Part shown: one piece after another, positions 24,728-38,735 of the stretch | Layout of the letters: the number at the start of each line of letters is the position of its first letter | How positions within the stretch are numbered: position 1 is the first letter of the stretch | Assembly (NCBI GenBank): GCA_951406725.2 | Contig: OX597830.1 | Span: 47,368,001-47,432,000 of the forward strand | DNA: 64,000 bases | Direction of reading: 5' to 3' | Source: Octopus vulgaris | Taxonomy: Eukaryota | The notes under the pieces: generated by a model | The model's database searches: none | What the model was told of the DNA's origin: nothing | The model's input: only the letters and a program-made list of their open reading frames with translations | Made by a program: the position numbers and the translations under genes

Positions 24728-24728
<1 letters not shown>
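24035..24728. mobile_element. Probable Penelope-like 3'/pLTR fragment abutting (TA)n
   Basis: CpG-retaining block with a pyrimidine-rich start and CTGGAG-GGCTG...CAGCC-GAAA (24561-24607). Ends at (TA)n. Family assignment is inference. Confidence 0.4.
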
Positions 24729-24766
<38 letters not shown>

Positions 24767-24780
24767 ATGTAATAAACAAT

Positions 24781-25170
24781 AGGCGTACGAGTGGCTGTGT
24801 GGTAAGTAGCTTGCTTACGAACCACATGGTTCCGGGTTCAGTCCGACTGTGTAGCACCTTGGGTAAGTGTCTTCTGCTATAGCCTCAGGCCGACCAGAGC
24901 CTTGTGAGTGGATTTGGTAGATGGAAACTGAAAGAAGCCCGTCGTATATATGTATATATATATATATGTGTGTGTCTGTGTTTTTCCCCCCAACATCGCT
25001 TGACAACCGATGCTGGTGCGTTTACGTCCCCGTAACTGAGCGGTTCGGCCAAAGAGACCAATAGAATAAGTACTAGGTTTACAAAGAATAAGCCATGCGG
25101 GTCGATTTGCTCCACTAGAGGCGGTGCTCCAGCATGGCCACAGTCAAATGCCTGAAACAAGTAAAAAAAG
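24781..25170 (+). mobile_element. Full-length young tRNA-headed SINE family A
   Basis: A-box-like TGGCTGTGTGG, B-box-like GGTTCAGTCC, internal (TA)n(TG)n, A-rich tail GAAACAAGTAAAA. Near-identical to 43272-43696. Partial copies at 18945-19170(-), 25844-25960, 29770-29945, 30600-30815 and 56925-57130(-). Confidence 0.92.
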
Positions 25171-26689
25171 AAATAGCATTATTTTATAAACTAAATGTAA
25201 TTAATGTGTTGTTGCATGGTCTGAATCTAATAAAATTTAATTAAAAGACACCTTATTTTGCAGAACCCTAAAACTTTTCGCAGAACTGAAGGATTTCTTG
25301 GAACACACGTGCCTTACATAGTCAGTTAACTATTTGTGGCACTATAACATTGACATGGAAATAATATAGAAGTTTCTGCAAGTGGAAAAGACAAATAAAT
25401 GGACTAAAAAAAAAAAAAAAAAGCAGGTCCATCTATATTCACCTACAATTCCTTGGAGAGTCACAATGGCACACGTGCCTCCAAAGGATCACATCAAAAG
25501 CAACCATCATTACATTTTCCATTCTCAATAGCTAACAGTTGTTCCTTTCTGAACCCACTTTCAGGTTTTGAGACATCTTTTGTGTGCCCAAGCCTCCAAG
25601 AACACGTTGCAGGCTTATACAGTTTAGACTGGCACCAGGTTTGGTTATTCCAATTCTGTCAACTGAACTTCCATTGTAATACAGTGTGAAAGCAAAATAA
25701 AATAATAATAATAATACACTTCTCTGCTCAGTCCACTTAGCTGTCAATAGATATCACGCAATGAATATTCTGCAAAATTACCAAGTCAGGCTTTTAAAAG
25801 AATCTTTGATTTTGTCTAAGGGCTTCTTTTATCTGGAAAAACTGCAGGAGTAGCAGTGTGGTAAGTAGCTCGCTTACCAACCACATGGTTCTGAGTTCAA
25901 TCCCACTGCATGGCACCTTGGACAAATGTTTTCTATTATAGCCTTGGGCCGGCCCAAAGCCTGGTGTAATTAAGGTAGATAAGTTCATTGTATTGCTCTA
26001 ACCCACACCAAGAGACCTGTACAAAGCACGTTGGAAACTGATGAATCACCAATCAGTCAGTCATGTCCCGACACACCTTCAAGAGGATGTGAACTCATGA
26101 CCTACCAACCATAAGTCAATTGTTATGTAGCTTATCTATTCAGGAATTTCTGATTACAAATAAGCAGACAGAGTCTCTATGTGGTTCCCTCAATCTGCTA
26201 GAAATAGCAGTCAAATCTCTCACATCATATATTTATTTTCTTAAAAAAAAAAGAAAACATTGAATAGTTTGGTTTGCAATACGCTGTTCCTGAAAACAAG
26301 ACAGGATGGTCACATGTGGAAAGCTGCTCAGTCAGGAGTTGTCATGACTGGAATTCATTTGTTCATACAGTCTTCTCAATCAGAGCTGCCCAACAGCTAA
26401 ACAACAATACCTTGAATGAGAAATATGTCGAGAGTTGGTCAGCTTGCTAGAAACAGCAACCAAACTTACCTCAAATCATACTCTACCATCTTGAGAAAGA
26501 AAAGTCACACTGAATAATGTAACGAAAGATAAGCTATGGTACCAGAATGTCTGGTCATGGCTGAAACATCTTTAGTCATAAGTGTAGCCAATCAGGCTGG
26601 TAGGGGTCTAAGGAGGAGAGTGACAATGACAAGATATTTTAAATCCTTTTCCTTACCAAATGAAAATCAAAGAATTTTATTTTTCCCAA

Positions 26690-27140
26690 GGTTTCAACAG
26701 CTGGAAACCCTTCCTAATGCCAACCACTTCGAGAGTGTAGTGGGTGCTTTTTACGTGCCTCCAGCATGGTACTGGCATCAACCACACTTGAATGGTACTT
26801 TTTATGTGCCACTGGCATGGGAGCCAATCAGGTAGCACTGGCAACGGCCACAACAATGACTTCACTTGACTCAACAGGTCTTCGCAAGCACAGTTTATTG
26901 CCCAATGATTGAAGGGTACTCTTAAATGAGCTGGTTGTGATGCACTGGCATAGACCACGGTTACGGTCTCACTTGGATTGCCAGGTCTTCTCAAGCACAG
27001 TATATCTCCAAAGGTCTCATTCACTTGTCATCACCTCATCCCAGGTCCCTTTGGGTCTACCTCTTCCACAGGTTCTCTCTACTGCAAGGGTGTGACACTT
27101 TTTCATACAGCTGTCCTCATCCATATGCAACACATGACCT
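26690..27140 (-). mobile_element. RTE 3' fragment (other copies ~5205-5440, 15690-15860, 22150-22260, 23375-23640, 28380-28590, 29950-30340, 53225-53455, 61640-61990)
   Basis: Shared motif GGATGCCCTTCCTAA(C/T)GCCAACCAC...GGTGCTTTTTACGTG. Several copies end in (CAT)n/(GAT)n. Confidence 0.75.
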
Positions 27141-30100
27141 TAGCAGGAGGGAATTGTAAATGAGAGAGTGAGGGAACAAGACCCTACAATGAAGCTTTGT
27201 ACAAAGTCACAGGTAATCTATATTTAATTACTGATTTGTGCTTAAGACTTAAACCAGATTTCTTTTTTATTTGTAATTTTTCACAGCAAGATTTTTACAA
27301 ACCTCATCAGAAAACAGTTTTAAATATAAATTTGAATTCACCTGAAACTTCAGCTACAAAGCCAGGCACTTCTGCATGAGTGATACCTTGGCATCAAAGA
27401 TATTTCAGATGGTTACATTATCCAATATATTCTTTCCTTACTTAAGAAGCAATTTAGGGTGGTTTAGCTACCATTTCAACCAGTGGTGAACTGGCAGTAT
27501 CATTATAAGCTCCCTGTGTTGAGTTCAAATCCTGCCAAATAATACAAGTTCAGAATTGCAGATCAGCTGAGCAACAAATAGGATGCTTTGTGATACCTAT
27601 CATGGTGGTTCTTTGCATTCAGACTTCTTAGATCACCCATCCCCCAGTTTAAAACCAATACTTTGTACCTATGATGCCTTTAGCAGGGTTCACACTGTTG
27701 CAAGCATTCGGCCCTAGTTTCTAGTTTGAGTTTAATAACCCTTCTTCATTTCCTCATTCTCAAAGACTCTGGAATATTACAGGGTTACAAGTAACACTCT
27801 AACCATTCCGACTAAATGGTAAAAAGTAAAACAGTGTCATACAGCCACACAAAAGCTTCCTTCTTTAATGCATACAAGTAATTTGAATAGGGGACCAAAG
27901 CAATATTTAAAACCTCATTTGAATAGGAATCCAGTGCATATATTTAAAAATCCCAATTTCATCCTGATGAAACAGATCTATGGTCAAAATGTGCTCCAGA
28001 GTTGACAAACCCATCTTTTTGTATATATAGGACACCATTTGCTTAATGTGTCCATCTTGTTTTAAGATTGTAGGGTGAGTTTAAGGGGAAATAGGCTGCT
28101 GTTTTCAAAAGCTCAAGTAACATATAGCTTCTCTTGTTAGTTTGTCATTGTTCATGTTGCTGCTTTTAACCACAGGTCAACCCTGATTGAGCCATGACCA
28201 GCCAGTTTTCTTGTCGAGAAGTATCAAGGACTACACTATGTATTGAACACTTTCTTTTATTAAAGAATGTTGGATGTGGTTTGATAGAAGTTTGGCTGAT
28301 ATTCTTAGCATTTCTTGTAGCCACTAAGAAAGTTCATGGTCCCCTACAGAACACAAAACTGATCTAAACTCATGAACCTCAATTTTCACCTGTACTGGTG
28401 CCACATATGAAGCACCCAGTACATTCTGAAAAGTGGTTGGCATTAGGTAGGGTGTGCAGCCATAGAGATCCCACCTGAGAAGACAATGGAGCCTGGTACA
28501 GCTCTGGTTTGCCAGCTCCTGTCAAACCATTGAACCCGTGCCAATATGAAAAGAGGGCATTAAGTGATGATGATAATGATGATGGTGGTGGTAGGCACCA
28601 AATTTTGTAGTATTTACAACCATCTATCACACTGCCAATGTACATGTGTCATATTAAACATAGACTTATGCATGGGTTGGCCTTAATTGAATGACTGACT
28701 TCTTTTATTGACTCCAGAATGACAAATGGCAATAATCAACCCTGTCACAACTTGAAATCAAAACAAAGAATACGGTTGGCGCGTGAACTACACGTTGTCC
28801 GACATTTAATCCAGCAACAGACTAGCGATTCTGTGGCTCAAAACAGTAACTTGAAACGGATTTGAATATACGTTAAAATGATGAGAGACAAACAGTATAA
28901 CACTTCAAATGCAATAAAATAGTCCCAAACACACCTTACAGACATTCAGTTATTCTGTTGACATGAGGGCACTAAACTATGGATGGCGAAGACAGAAAGG
29001 CAACCCTGGTCGGAGGAGATACGTCTGCCTGCTAAGTTAACTGCATCTCTATTCCACCCTTCACCGAATATATTCAATTCCTCAGCTAAGACAGTAAAAG
29101 ACAGCAATTTTCTGAACTATAAAAAAAAAAAAAAAAAAGAGGGGGCTCACATTACACACCCAGCCGACCATTACCATAACAATCCCTTGCAGACATAACA
29201 AACTGCTCTCATTTCAGTTGCTGACTGACTGTGTAAGAAAGAAGGGTGGAATATGGCAAAAGGCACATCGATAGGGACAGAAAGACATAAGAGTCAAGAG
29301 TCAGACAGACCGGCATAGACACAGAGAGACAAACAAACAGATAGACGAATACATACACACACACACACTAGAGTTGAGCAAATAAAGTCAGGCTGACAGA
29401 TTCTCCTCAGTATATCTCAGCTAAAGAAAATCCCCAGAAAACCTGCCTCTTTTTCTGTGGTAACCTCCTCCCATTCCAGTTGCTATCGCATAAAGTTACT
29501 ATATACACTCTCTCTCTCTCATAAAATGTGTCGTTGCTAGTGTTGGCGACAACACAAACTCATCTCAATTTCTTCAGGTGTTACCATAAACTAAACCGAT
29601 GTAAATTCCTCCTGGTTTAACCGGAAACACACGACCACCATCTGCTAGCAAAATCCCGATCATCATTCTTAACTACACACAATGATGTATATTGTTTCTA
29701 AACAAGCCCTACACACACTCACACATCATTTTATGTTAATTACATCCATAATTATAGGATATAATTATAGGTGCAGGAGTGGCTGTGTGGTAAGAAGCTT
29801 GCTTCCCAGCCACATGGTTCCAGGTTCAGTCCCACTGCATGGCACCATGGGCAAGTATCTTCTACTATAGTCTCGAGCCGACCAAAGCCTTGTGAGTGGA
29901 TTTGGTAGACGGAAACTGAAAGAAGCTCGTCGTATATATATATATATTTATCATCGTTGAACAGCCATCTTCCATGCATGTGTAGGACAGTTGACAGTAG
30001 AAAAACTACCCTAGGCTATTGTGTCTGTTTTGGCATGGATTTTACGACTCAATGCCCCTCCGAATGCCAACCACCCCACAGAGTGGACTCAGTGCTTTTT

Positions 30101-31251
30101 ACGTGACACCAGCACAGGTGAGGTTAGTTTCGGCATGATTTTCACAGCTGGATGCCCTTTCAAATGCCAACCACATTAGTGTAGACTGGATACTTTTAAC
30201 GTGGCACCAGCACTGGCAGGGGTCACCAAGTAAGTTTTGCAAGACAAGGAATTTTGAGAAGGGCAGGTGAATTTGAAGAGGGGTTCTTGTGTCAAAGGAT
30301 GAAAGGTTAGAGTGTGACAAACAGACAGAAGTAGGTGTCTTGCCGCAACAGAAGGGGCATCAGAGGTATCATAGATACGAAGCTGTCAAGACATGACCAT
30401 CTATCTTTTATTCTGACATAATATATCTAGAACAATTCATTTAATATAGCCTTCCTTTTAATAGATAGTAGAATTTAACTTGGAGATTTGGCTGCTAATT
30501 CTAGGAGATCAATCAGAGGTTTCTTCATTATCAACGTTAATCAAAAGTGCAAAACGGCTCAATATATTTTACTATGGAAAATGGATGCATGAAAGTCATA
30601 CGTGTGTGTGTGTCTGTGTTTGCCCCCCCCCCCGCCATCGCTTGACACCGACGTTGGTGTGTTTACGTCCCCATAACTTAGCGATTCAGCAATAGTGACT
30701 GATAGAATAAGTACTAGGCGTACAAAGAATAAATCCTGGTGTCGATTTCTTCGACTAAAGGCAGGCCATGCTCCAGCATGGCCGCAGTCAAATGACAGAA
30801 ACAAGTAAAAGAATAAAACAACATCGCTAAGATGCTGGATTAATTAATCCTCAACGTAGAGTGAATAAGAGCAAAAGGGCTGAATTTGTAACAAGGCCAT
30901 GGCAAGGTTGTCACTAAAATGAGAAAAATGAAATAATCATAAGCCGGATGCGAACTCGGCTCACACGGAACCAAAATAGGACGCTCAGTGTCATACAGGG
31001 GATTTCTATTCGATTTCGAAAACATCTAAATTTAACGCCAGTTCTATAGCTGACTGGCACCTTAGATAATGTCCCAAACCAGATAAACCCATCCTCTGTG
31101 TGTGAGTGTGTGTGTGTGTTGGAGAGAGAGAGAGATAGAGAGAGAGAAAGAGAGAGAGAGAAAGAAAGAGAGAGAGACAGACAGACAGAGAGGGGGTGCG
31201 TATATACATTCAAAGCTAAATATTCCTTGTGTCATATATATTACATATACG

Positions 31252-31282
<31 letters not shown>

Positions 31283-31422
31283 TATAATAATAATAATCAT
31301 TTTCTTTTTAAAAACTTACATGTACATACTTGCGTACACGCACTCGTATATACACACCGCACCCTTTATAATAATGTTATGTAGACACTCATACGAAGAT
31401 ATATAGATTATATACATGTGTG

Positions 31423-31502
<80 letters not shown>

Positions 31503-31842
31503 ATGTATTAATTCATATATTTATACACATACCTAAATTTACATCGTACAAATGTGCACAGAGGCACAGGCAAAACTACTTTTCTATATAAATCCACACA
31601 CACACACACACACACACCCAACGGCAGGCATTACCCAATTGCTCACGGCAACGACGGCTACGATGATAGGCAGAAAGACAAAACCTCGCTATCTAACCTG
31701 ACCTTATTTCCAGTTACTTTTACCACCATCACCGCCGACAACACATCTGCTAATACCACCACCACCGTTACCATCATCATCACTAACATCACCAAAGCAG
31801 CAGGGCAGAAGAAATGAGGTTAAAATGCCATTCTATCACGCA

Positions 31843-31873
<31 letters not shown>

Positions 31874-32046
31874 TAATAAAAATATTTCAATGACTTCACC
31901 ACAGATTAGCTTCATAGTAAAATATTAGACACACACTAACTATATAATTCCACTTGTTCAAACACTACCACCACCACCAGCTCTCTAACATACAACCCTG
32001 TCTCAACCCTTATTCTTACTCCAGTCCCACCATCCTAATCATAGCC

Positions 32047-32077
<31 letters not shown>

Positions 32078-32938
32078 CAAACATTCTAACACTTAAAACT
32101 ATGGCAGATATCCTTTTGGGTTCACTGAGTCTACTAAAAAAGAAAAAGCCGTCCCTCTTGTCCGGTTGAGGACAGTTAACACTTTTATTTTCCAGACTCC
32201 AACATTAAATAAAACTTCGTTTAATCTTATGAGGCCTAATTGTATTTTAAAAAAGACTTACAAGGAATTAATTGATCAAATTCTATAAGGCACAAATAAA
32301 TTCAGAGACTTGGTCTTCGGCAATACGTGAGTGGGGAGTTTTTGGTTTTTACAAAGCTGTGGGAGTCATGGATGGATAGGTTATCAATCCTCTCAGTTCC
32401 TCACAATGTACGAAGGCGGGCGTGACAGCTTCACTTGAAGAACAAGAAACGATACTGAAGAAAGAATAACTATGAATTGTTAGACCTAAACCATTTGAAT
32501 AAATTTAAATAAATTCCGAATAGTCTGTTGCCCAAATTACAAACAAATCTTGGAACTACTGAAAGTCATATTTACAAAAAATAAAAAAAAAGGAGAGAGA
32601 GAGAAAGAAAGAGAGAGAGAGGGAACCTTGTATGTATCAAACAAGGAATGGGACAATCTAAGAGAATAACTTGATGAGATTCTTAACTTGAAATTGTTTA
32701 AAAGAAACTGAAAGAATACTGATTTTAATAAATTTACCGAATCTATTCCATCTCAATGATGGAATAGATCCTATTTACCAAATTTAATTTAATAATTTCT
32801 AATATGGAATGATTAACTCTTTAGCTTATGCCAAATAACATTTGGAAGTTATATCGTTATAAATATTAGTTTAATTTTTTTTGCACCAGGTCTGAAATTT
32901 CAAAGGAGGATGTAAAAAATTACGAAAGACTACCAAGA

Positions 32939-32979
<41 letters not shown>

Positions 32980-32984
32980 TATGT

Positions 32985-33506
32985 GGGCACAGGACGTCAC
33001 GAAACGTGTACAACAAAAAGTACGAAGTACGAGTACATGGAAAATGAAATATTTTTTCGAACAACGTAAGACCCCTTGCTCACGTGGCTCCCACATGACC
33101 ATCGGCCATCTTTCTTCTCCTAACTTGTGTTTCTTTCACTCCGTTGTAGCTGGATCAAGGAAGACGTGTACTTGTCTGTCTCCTGTCCAAGCTTGATTTA
33201 CGCGTTCGCCACCACAACCTCGTTTAGGCTTAACAGCCCTTCCTGTTTGTGTTACCAATTTTGACCCTCCGCAAAATCTCAAATTTTATTTAATTTGCTT
33301 TGCAGGAGCAACTGTTTTATCGAAAACGTATCTTGTTGTTAAATGCTCGAAATACGAGAGTAGAAAAACAGCCAACAACTGATAAAGGGTTGTTCTTTGT
33401 GTTGTTGTCTTGTTTTCCATTTGTGTCTTTCGTTGTTCGAAAGAAGAGTTCATGTTCCATGTAGTCGTACTTTTTTGTTGTACACGTTTCGTGACGTCCT
33501 GTGCCC
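32985..33506. mobile_element. ~520-bp element with ~80-bp imperfect terminal inverted repeats, next to (TA)n
   Basis: GGGCACAGGACGTCACGAAACGTGTACAACAAAAA (32985) is the exact reverse complement of the sequence ending at 33506. Similarity extends to 33066/33431. Confidence 0.8.
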
Positions 33507-34390
33507 GGGGCTACCACTGCGGATTTTAATAGCGGGTTGGTAGAACACATGTCCGACAACGTCCTGGGAGAGGCTCTAGGCTTCGATAGGGACCAGCTTA
33601 TCAATCTGTTTGCAATAATCGGGCCGAGGTATCTGGACAATTTCCAGAAATCCCTAGCCTGGTTGTGCTACCGATCGGTCTTGCCAGTTCGAGAGAGGTC
33701 AAGGCAAGTGTTGATACCCCACCCACATGCCCGAGGTGCGAGCGTGTCAGTGAATCTGTCACGCCCGCCTTAGTACATTGTGGGGGAACTGAGGGGATTG
33801 ATAACCTATGTCGAACAAGTGATGTCGGAAACGGAAAGAGTACGGTTATCGACTGAGTCTATCATCAAGATTTCACCGCCTCCCTCCTTTAATAAGGAAA
33901 AGGGGGCGTCATTTTTCTGCGTAGTAGCCGTATTGAAAGAGACAGTATGGGTGATGCGTGGAAGAGGAATTGAGACATGGGTTGGTTAGTTCTGTTTTAC
34001 TACCATCTGTCCAGGAAGATAAGTCTGGAGAAGAGGCGCCAGTCTCAAAGAACGTTTGAGGAAAGATGGACAAATGTCGTAAGGAAGACGAGAGTGAGTG
34101 GGGCCGCGCTAGTGTGGCCGGTCTGAACGGAAAAGAAGGTGAAAAAATGGAAGAAAAAAAATGAAAACTTAATAATTATAAAGAGGAAAAAGGAAAAGAA
34201 AAACCCCGGCGGGTTGAACACAAACCCGGAAAAAAACTTATTTAATTTTTAATTCATTTTAATTTGATTCATTCGATTTCATTATACTCGATTTTCCCCC
34301 GACTAACTAATGTATAACCCCAATTCCTGAATATTTTTGTCCTTGTGCTGTCCCCTCTGTGTTAGCCGTGTATTGGCAAATAAAGAAATT
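33507..34390 (+). mobile_element. Tx1/L1-clade LINE 3' fragment (zf-RVT-like region plus 3' UTR), frameshifted
   Basis: Three overlapping ORFs give LDNFQKSLAWLCYRSVLPVRE / TCPRCERVSESVTPALVHC / VLKETVW..R: the W...LPV..CPRC...E...H...C zinc-binding signature of Tx1/L1 ORF2. Ends GGCAAATAAAGAAATT. Confidence 0.8.
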
Positions 34391-36134
34391 GGTTAAGTGA
34401 GGTGAGAAATTTCCCGTTGTTATAATGGAACACATGGAACCAACGACGATCAGAGTTGAATTATTCTAACGATGGACAGAACTGGACAACCAACAGAATC
34501 CGTGATGTGTTTATTCGGTCCACTGTATTATTTAGCAGAGGAATAAAGTCTCGCTGTTATTTTGAAGTTTGTATTATTTCCACGAGTTAACACGCCGCAC
34601 ATGTTATATAATGGTATGTAACATTCCGTAGTAAACCAAGAGAGACTTTATAATTAACCCAGCTAAAACTTGTGACCCCGACGTGAATCCCTGCAGCATT
34701 CTACACGGCTCACCATTAAAACTGTTGACCCCGTACGAACAAATGAACGACCATTGAGCCAACAGCAATCTAACATAAGATGTCACAACAGAAATGGGTC
34801 TCACAACAATTTTAATGTCACATCACAACGGAAAGAAATGTAATTGTGGTAGATCCGTCCCAAGAGTTTCTTCTGGTTTCAGTGCTTCTGTAATATCCAA
34901 TCACAGCAGCTATTGACAGATATGGGCAAATGAATATTCTTAAGTTATAGAGATGAGCCCAAACTGCATTATTCCTAGAAAAACCAACATAGGAGTGTTT
35001 GGTTATTTTTGTTTTGTCTCACATCCTGGAAGCAATATGCTCTCATAATTCCTTTATTTCCAACATAAGCATAAGGCCTCTATTTTAGGAAAGGAAAATA
35101 TAAAGTCGGTTATTTCATCTCCACTGCGTAACTGGACTTTATTTTAACGTCTCTGACAGGATTCGAACTCAAAATGTAAAAAGTCATAATTATAAAGCAG
35201 ACGGTAATTTTATCCAATGTTCAAACGCTGTTCAATGGGGAAATGATATCTCCGATAAGCAATTCGCAATAATTTAACGAGAATTACCGAAAAGTAGTGT
35301 CTTTGATACGCGACATACAATAAGGAAGTGATCAAATGGTGTTGTATTACTTCAGATTAATTTGAGGAACATGGAATGGAAACAATGGAATTCCGTAGCT
35401 GGGATGGTTAACGGCATCTTTTTTTTTAAATAATTTTTCCAGCTGCACAATGTACAGTATAAAAACAAGAACAGTCGATTAGATAATGGACTAACCCCCG
35501 TTTACATTATCAACATAGAAAATTGACCCCGAACTCAGAATCTATATAAACGAAAGTAAGCATTCTGAGCCAAGCGCTCTGCAATTTCTATTGTTTCATT
35601 CCCTTTATTGTCAAAGAAAACTAGGTTAAAAATAGGGAAATTGATATTCATTATTGGATGGTTACTAAATCTGCTGATATAGAAAATCTCTTGCAAAATA
35701 AGGATTTATAACAGGTCGATTCGGGATCTTGAGATTCACTGACGAAATAAGATTATGTAACATGCCTGCTTTCTTCAATGAGGGGTTTTTGTAACGTAGA
35801 GAAGAGGAGTAAAATGTATGTGACGGGCTGTGGCCGTGCACGAAGCTTGGGATTTTGAAGAGGCAACAAAGCGGTGTGTCTTGCCCAAATACTATAAACG
35901 AAGGGTCCTATTTGAACGGGTATGTAAAATGTATATGAGAGGGTGTATGTTTGTGTGTGTATGCATGAAATGTGAGGATGAATGAAGGTAAGCAAAGATG
36001 GGTTATATGTGTACACATGTATTTGTGTGAGACAATAAAGGAAACGGGGAAACGGTGCGTAAGGAGAGAGGTGATTGCGTGAGTGTGAAAGCGGAACTGC
36101 GTGTAATGTGCGATGCAGTGATAGAAAGTGTGAG

Positions 36135-36351
36135 GGAGCTGGCAGAAACGTTAGCGCACCGGGCGAAATGCTCAGCGGTATTTCGTCTGTCGATACGTTC
36201 TGAGTTCAAATTCCGTCGAGGTTGAGTTTGCCTTTCATCCTTTCGGGGTCGATTAAATAAGTACCAGTTACGCACTGGGATCGATTTAATCTGTTTGTCT
36301 GTCCTTGTTTGTCCCCTCTGTGTGTAGCCCCTTGTGGGTAGTAAAGAAATA
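36135..36351 (+). mobile_element. Young Meta-core SINE with 14-bp TSD
   Basis: AGAAAGTGTGAGGG on both sides (36123-36136 and 36352-36365). CpGs retained. Confidence 0.9.
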
Positions 36352-37254
36352 AGAAAGTGTGAGGGGAGGTTTACGCATATTTCTGAGAAAATATGTGGAT
36401 ATGTGTCTGTGACCCCCCAGCATTGAACACTTCAAAACAATCTTACATCTTTGAAACTCATGACAACGTCGATGTATTTGACATTATTCTTTCCCCCAGC
36501 TTCCTCTCTTTCTCTTTCTCTCTCTCTCATGTCTGAACGAGAGTTGAAAAGATGAATGAGACAGAATATAAATGGAATCACACAACTGTTTGCTGATGGA
36601 TCATATAGCTAATAAGTAACAACCAAAAGGTTATTTACTTGTTTAGTCATGTGTTCCGAATGGAAATTAGTGTTGAAAAGATCAAGTTGATAGCAAACAG
36701 TAAACACTGCGATAGAAAGTTGACACTATGAGAGCAGCAGGGTTACGTGACGAAAGGTCGGCGCCGTCAACGACGATGCATCACAAGCAGACATCCCAGA
36801 GCAACGGTTCAGATTGTCGGAACGTGGAAAGGCAACTCATCGAAGGAGACTTCTCAGTAAATTATTCTACTAGAAATAGCAACCAACCTGCAAATCACGA
36901 CTTGTTCGTTTTAAAAGAAAACACAAGGACAAATGCGTCCACTAAGCGAGTCCTAGGCATCCGTTCGTCCTACTAGAAATAGCAGCCAGTCTACTTTCAA
37001 ATCTTTAAAAAAAAAACAGGCAACGATAGCTTGGACAGTATAGTCCATATACATAGAAAGAGGGAATGGCTTCAGATTAAACGCTCTCGATCACATGCCA
37101 GTTCGACAGTGGTTGCCCTGAGGTTAAACAACAACGAAGGACCCACAAGATGTTATCACGAATATATATATATAAAAAAAAAGACGGTAGGGTCATGGCT
37201 GAAAAGCCTTTTATCAATCAAAGATGTGTTCGATTTGGGCTGATATGAGGTTAA

Positions 37255-37460
37255 TAGATGAAAAAAACCCAAAGCTTTGTTTCTCCATGTTCATTCCATG
37301 AGAACATTGGAATCTTAGACCACCTCAACATGAATCTCTGCCAGTTTCGATAAGGCATATCCAGGTGTTCCATAAACTGGAACTTCTTTTTAGCGTGGAA
37401 GTGGTTGAATATCCCACAGATCTGTGTAGCTTTAACGCAATTCTCAAATAGAACCAACGC
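37255..37460 (-). pseudogene. Possible decayed hAT (ZBED1-like) transposase fragment
   Basis: ICGIFNHFHAKKKFQFMEHLDMPYR...RWS loosely resembles the hAT 'IV.HF.HS...L.LP..KL.QD..TRWNS' segment. Weak. Confidence 0.3.
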
Positions 37461-38695
37461 AACACAGTGTAATAAGGCAGCTCCTATGAATCACAAGAAC
37501 CATCCGATGGTCCACACACACAAATCTCGGACTGGATCGTGGTTAAGGTTAATGTCACCCGCCCAAGAGGGCAACATATTTTTTCAGGAATAAAATAACA
37601 TTAGAAATTTACAAAATACCGACTAACTTCTACGAGGATTGAAAGGAATTTAACAAAACTAGATTCGGTAGTTGTTGCAATTGTTTAGCACCAGAGTACA
37701 GCCTTTATCCAACCCGTTCCCTAATATTTTGAGTACATGTTCCAATGGGTCGTTCTTATTTTAATGCAATTTATTACTGGTCAACCCTAGATCAGCCAAT
37801 GATCAAAACTATTGTCTTACTTTTTGTTATCAGACATTGTTTCAAGAATTGCAATGTTTCATTCCTAATTTTAAGGTTTACTCAGGATACTGTTCATGAA
37901 CTGGTATTTTATATTTCTGAAAACAAATTTAGAACAGTAGAAATGAGAAGCTATCGAAAAATCCGCGAGACTTCTTATATAAACAACGAAATCTGCGTGT
38001 AAAACAGGTTGGCCAAACCTTATCCAAAGCAACAGAGGATTATAAAAAAAAAAAGAAAAAAAAACGACAATATCTAAGTGAAAGACATGGTCAGGGTTAT
38101 GCTTGCGCTTAAAGCTACCACAGCAAAAAGTCAAGAGCCAACAAGAGGATTTCTATACAGTTGCTCAACTTCCTAAAAATAGAAGCCAAATTTCTTTAAA
38201 TCACCCCACCACCCACTTTCTTAAATAAAAGGTTGTGGTATATATCGCGGTTGAAATGCCTTTAAAAACTGGCTAACCAACGTCAACACTCGTCAATGTG
38301 AAATCTACAGAACGCTGGTGACCCTACATTCCTAAGACACTCCTCTTCCAGATAAGGCGACAAAGGTCAAGGACAATGGTAATGAGGTCGGTTGAAGACG
38401 GATCTCGCTGGATGTGACGTAGTCGCATGTCAGAACGAAAGATCTGGTATACACTTATGTATGTCCTCTGCATGAGGACATACGCATCTGCCCTCGTCCA
38501 GACAAATCCGTTATTCGTTCATAATATAAACTTGCTTCGAGGATAAAAAGAACTTTGGACAGAGGAACACATATCTACACACACCTTTCCTTGCTTATTA
38601 ATTCAACCTAATTTAAGTTAATTAACATCTCATAAATTCTCTCTCTCCCCTTTCCGTCATTAATCTCTTCACCAGTTCTGAGTAAAATATGCGCG

Positions 38696-38735
<40 letters not shown>

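Noticed and set aside
24781-24860. tRNA gene
   Set aside because: A/B-box-like head of a SINE that continues into the SINE body. No complete cloverleaf.
25443-25700. Candidate PLC-gamma exon 1 ending ...QGIV with a phase-1 donor
   Set aside because: In-frame TGA about 16 codons upstream, and no PH-domain similarity.
32741-32769. 12-bp perfect hairpin ATCTATTCCATC/GATGGAATAGAT as a pre-miRNA
   Set aside because: Too short, with no extended pairing in the flanks.
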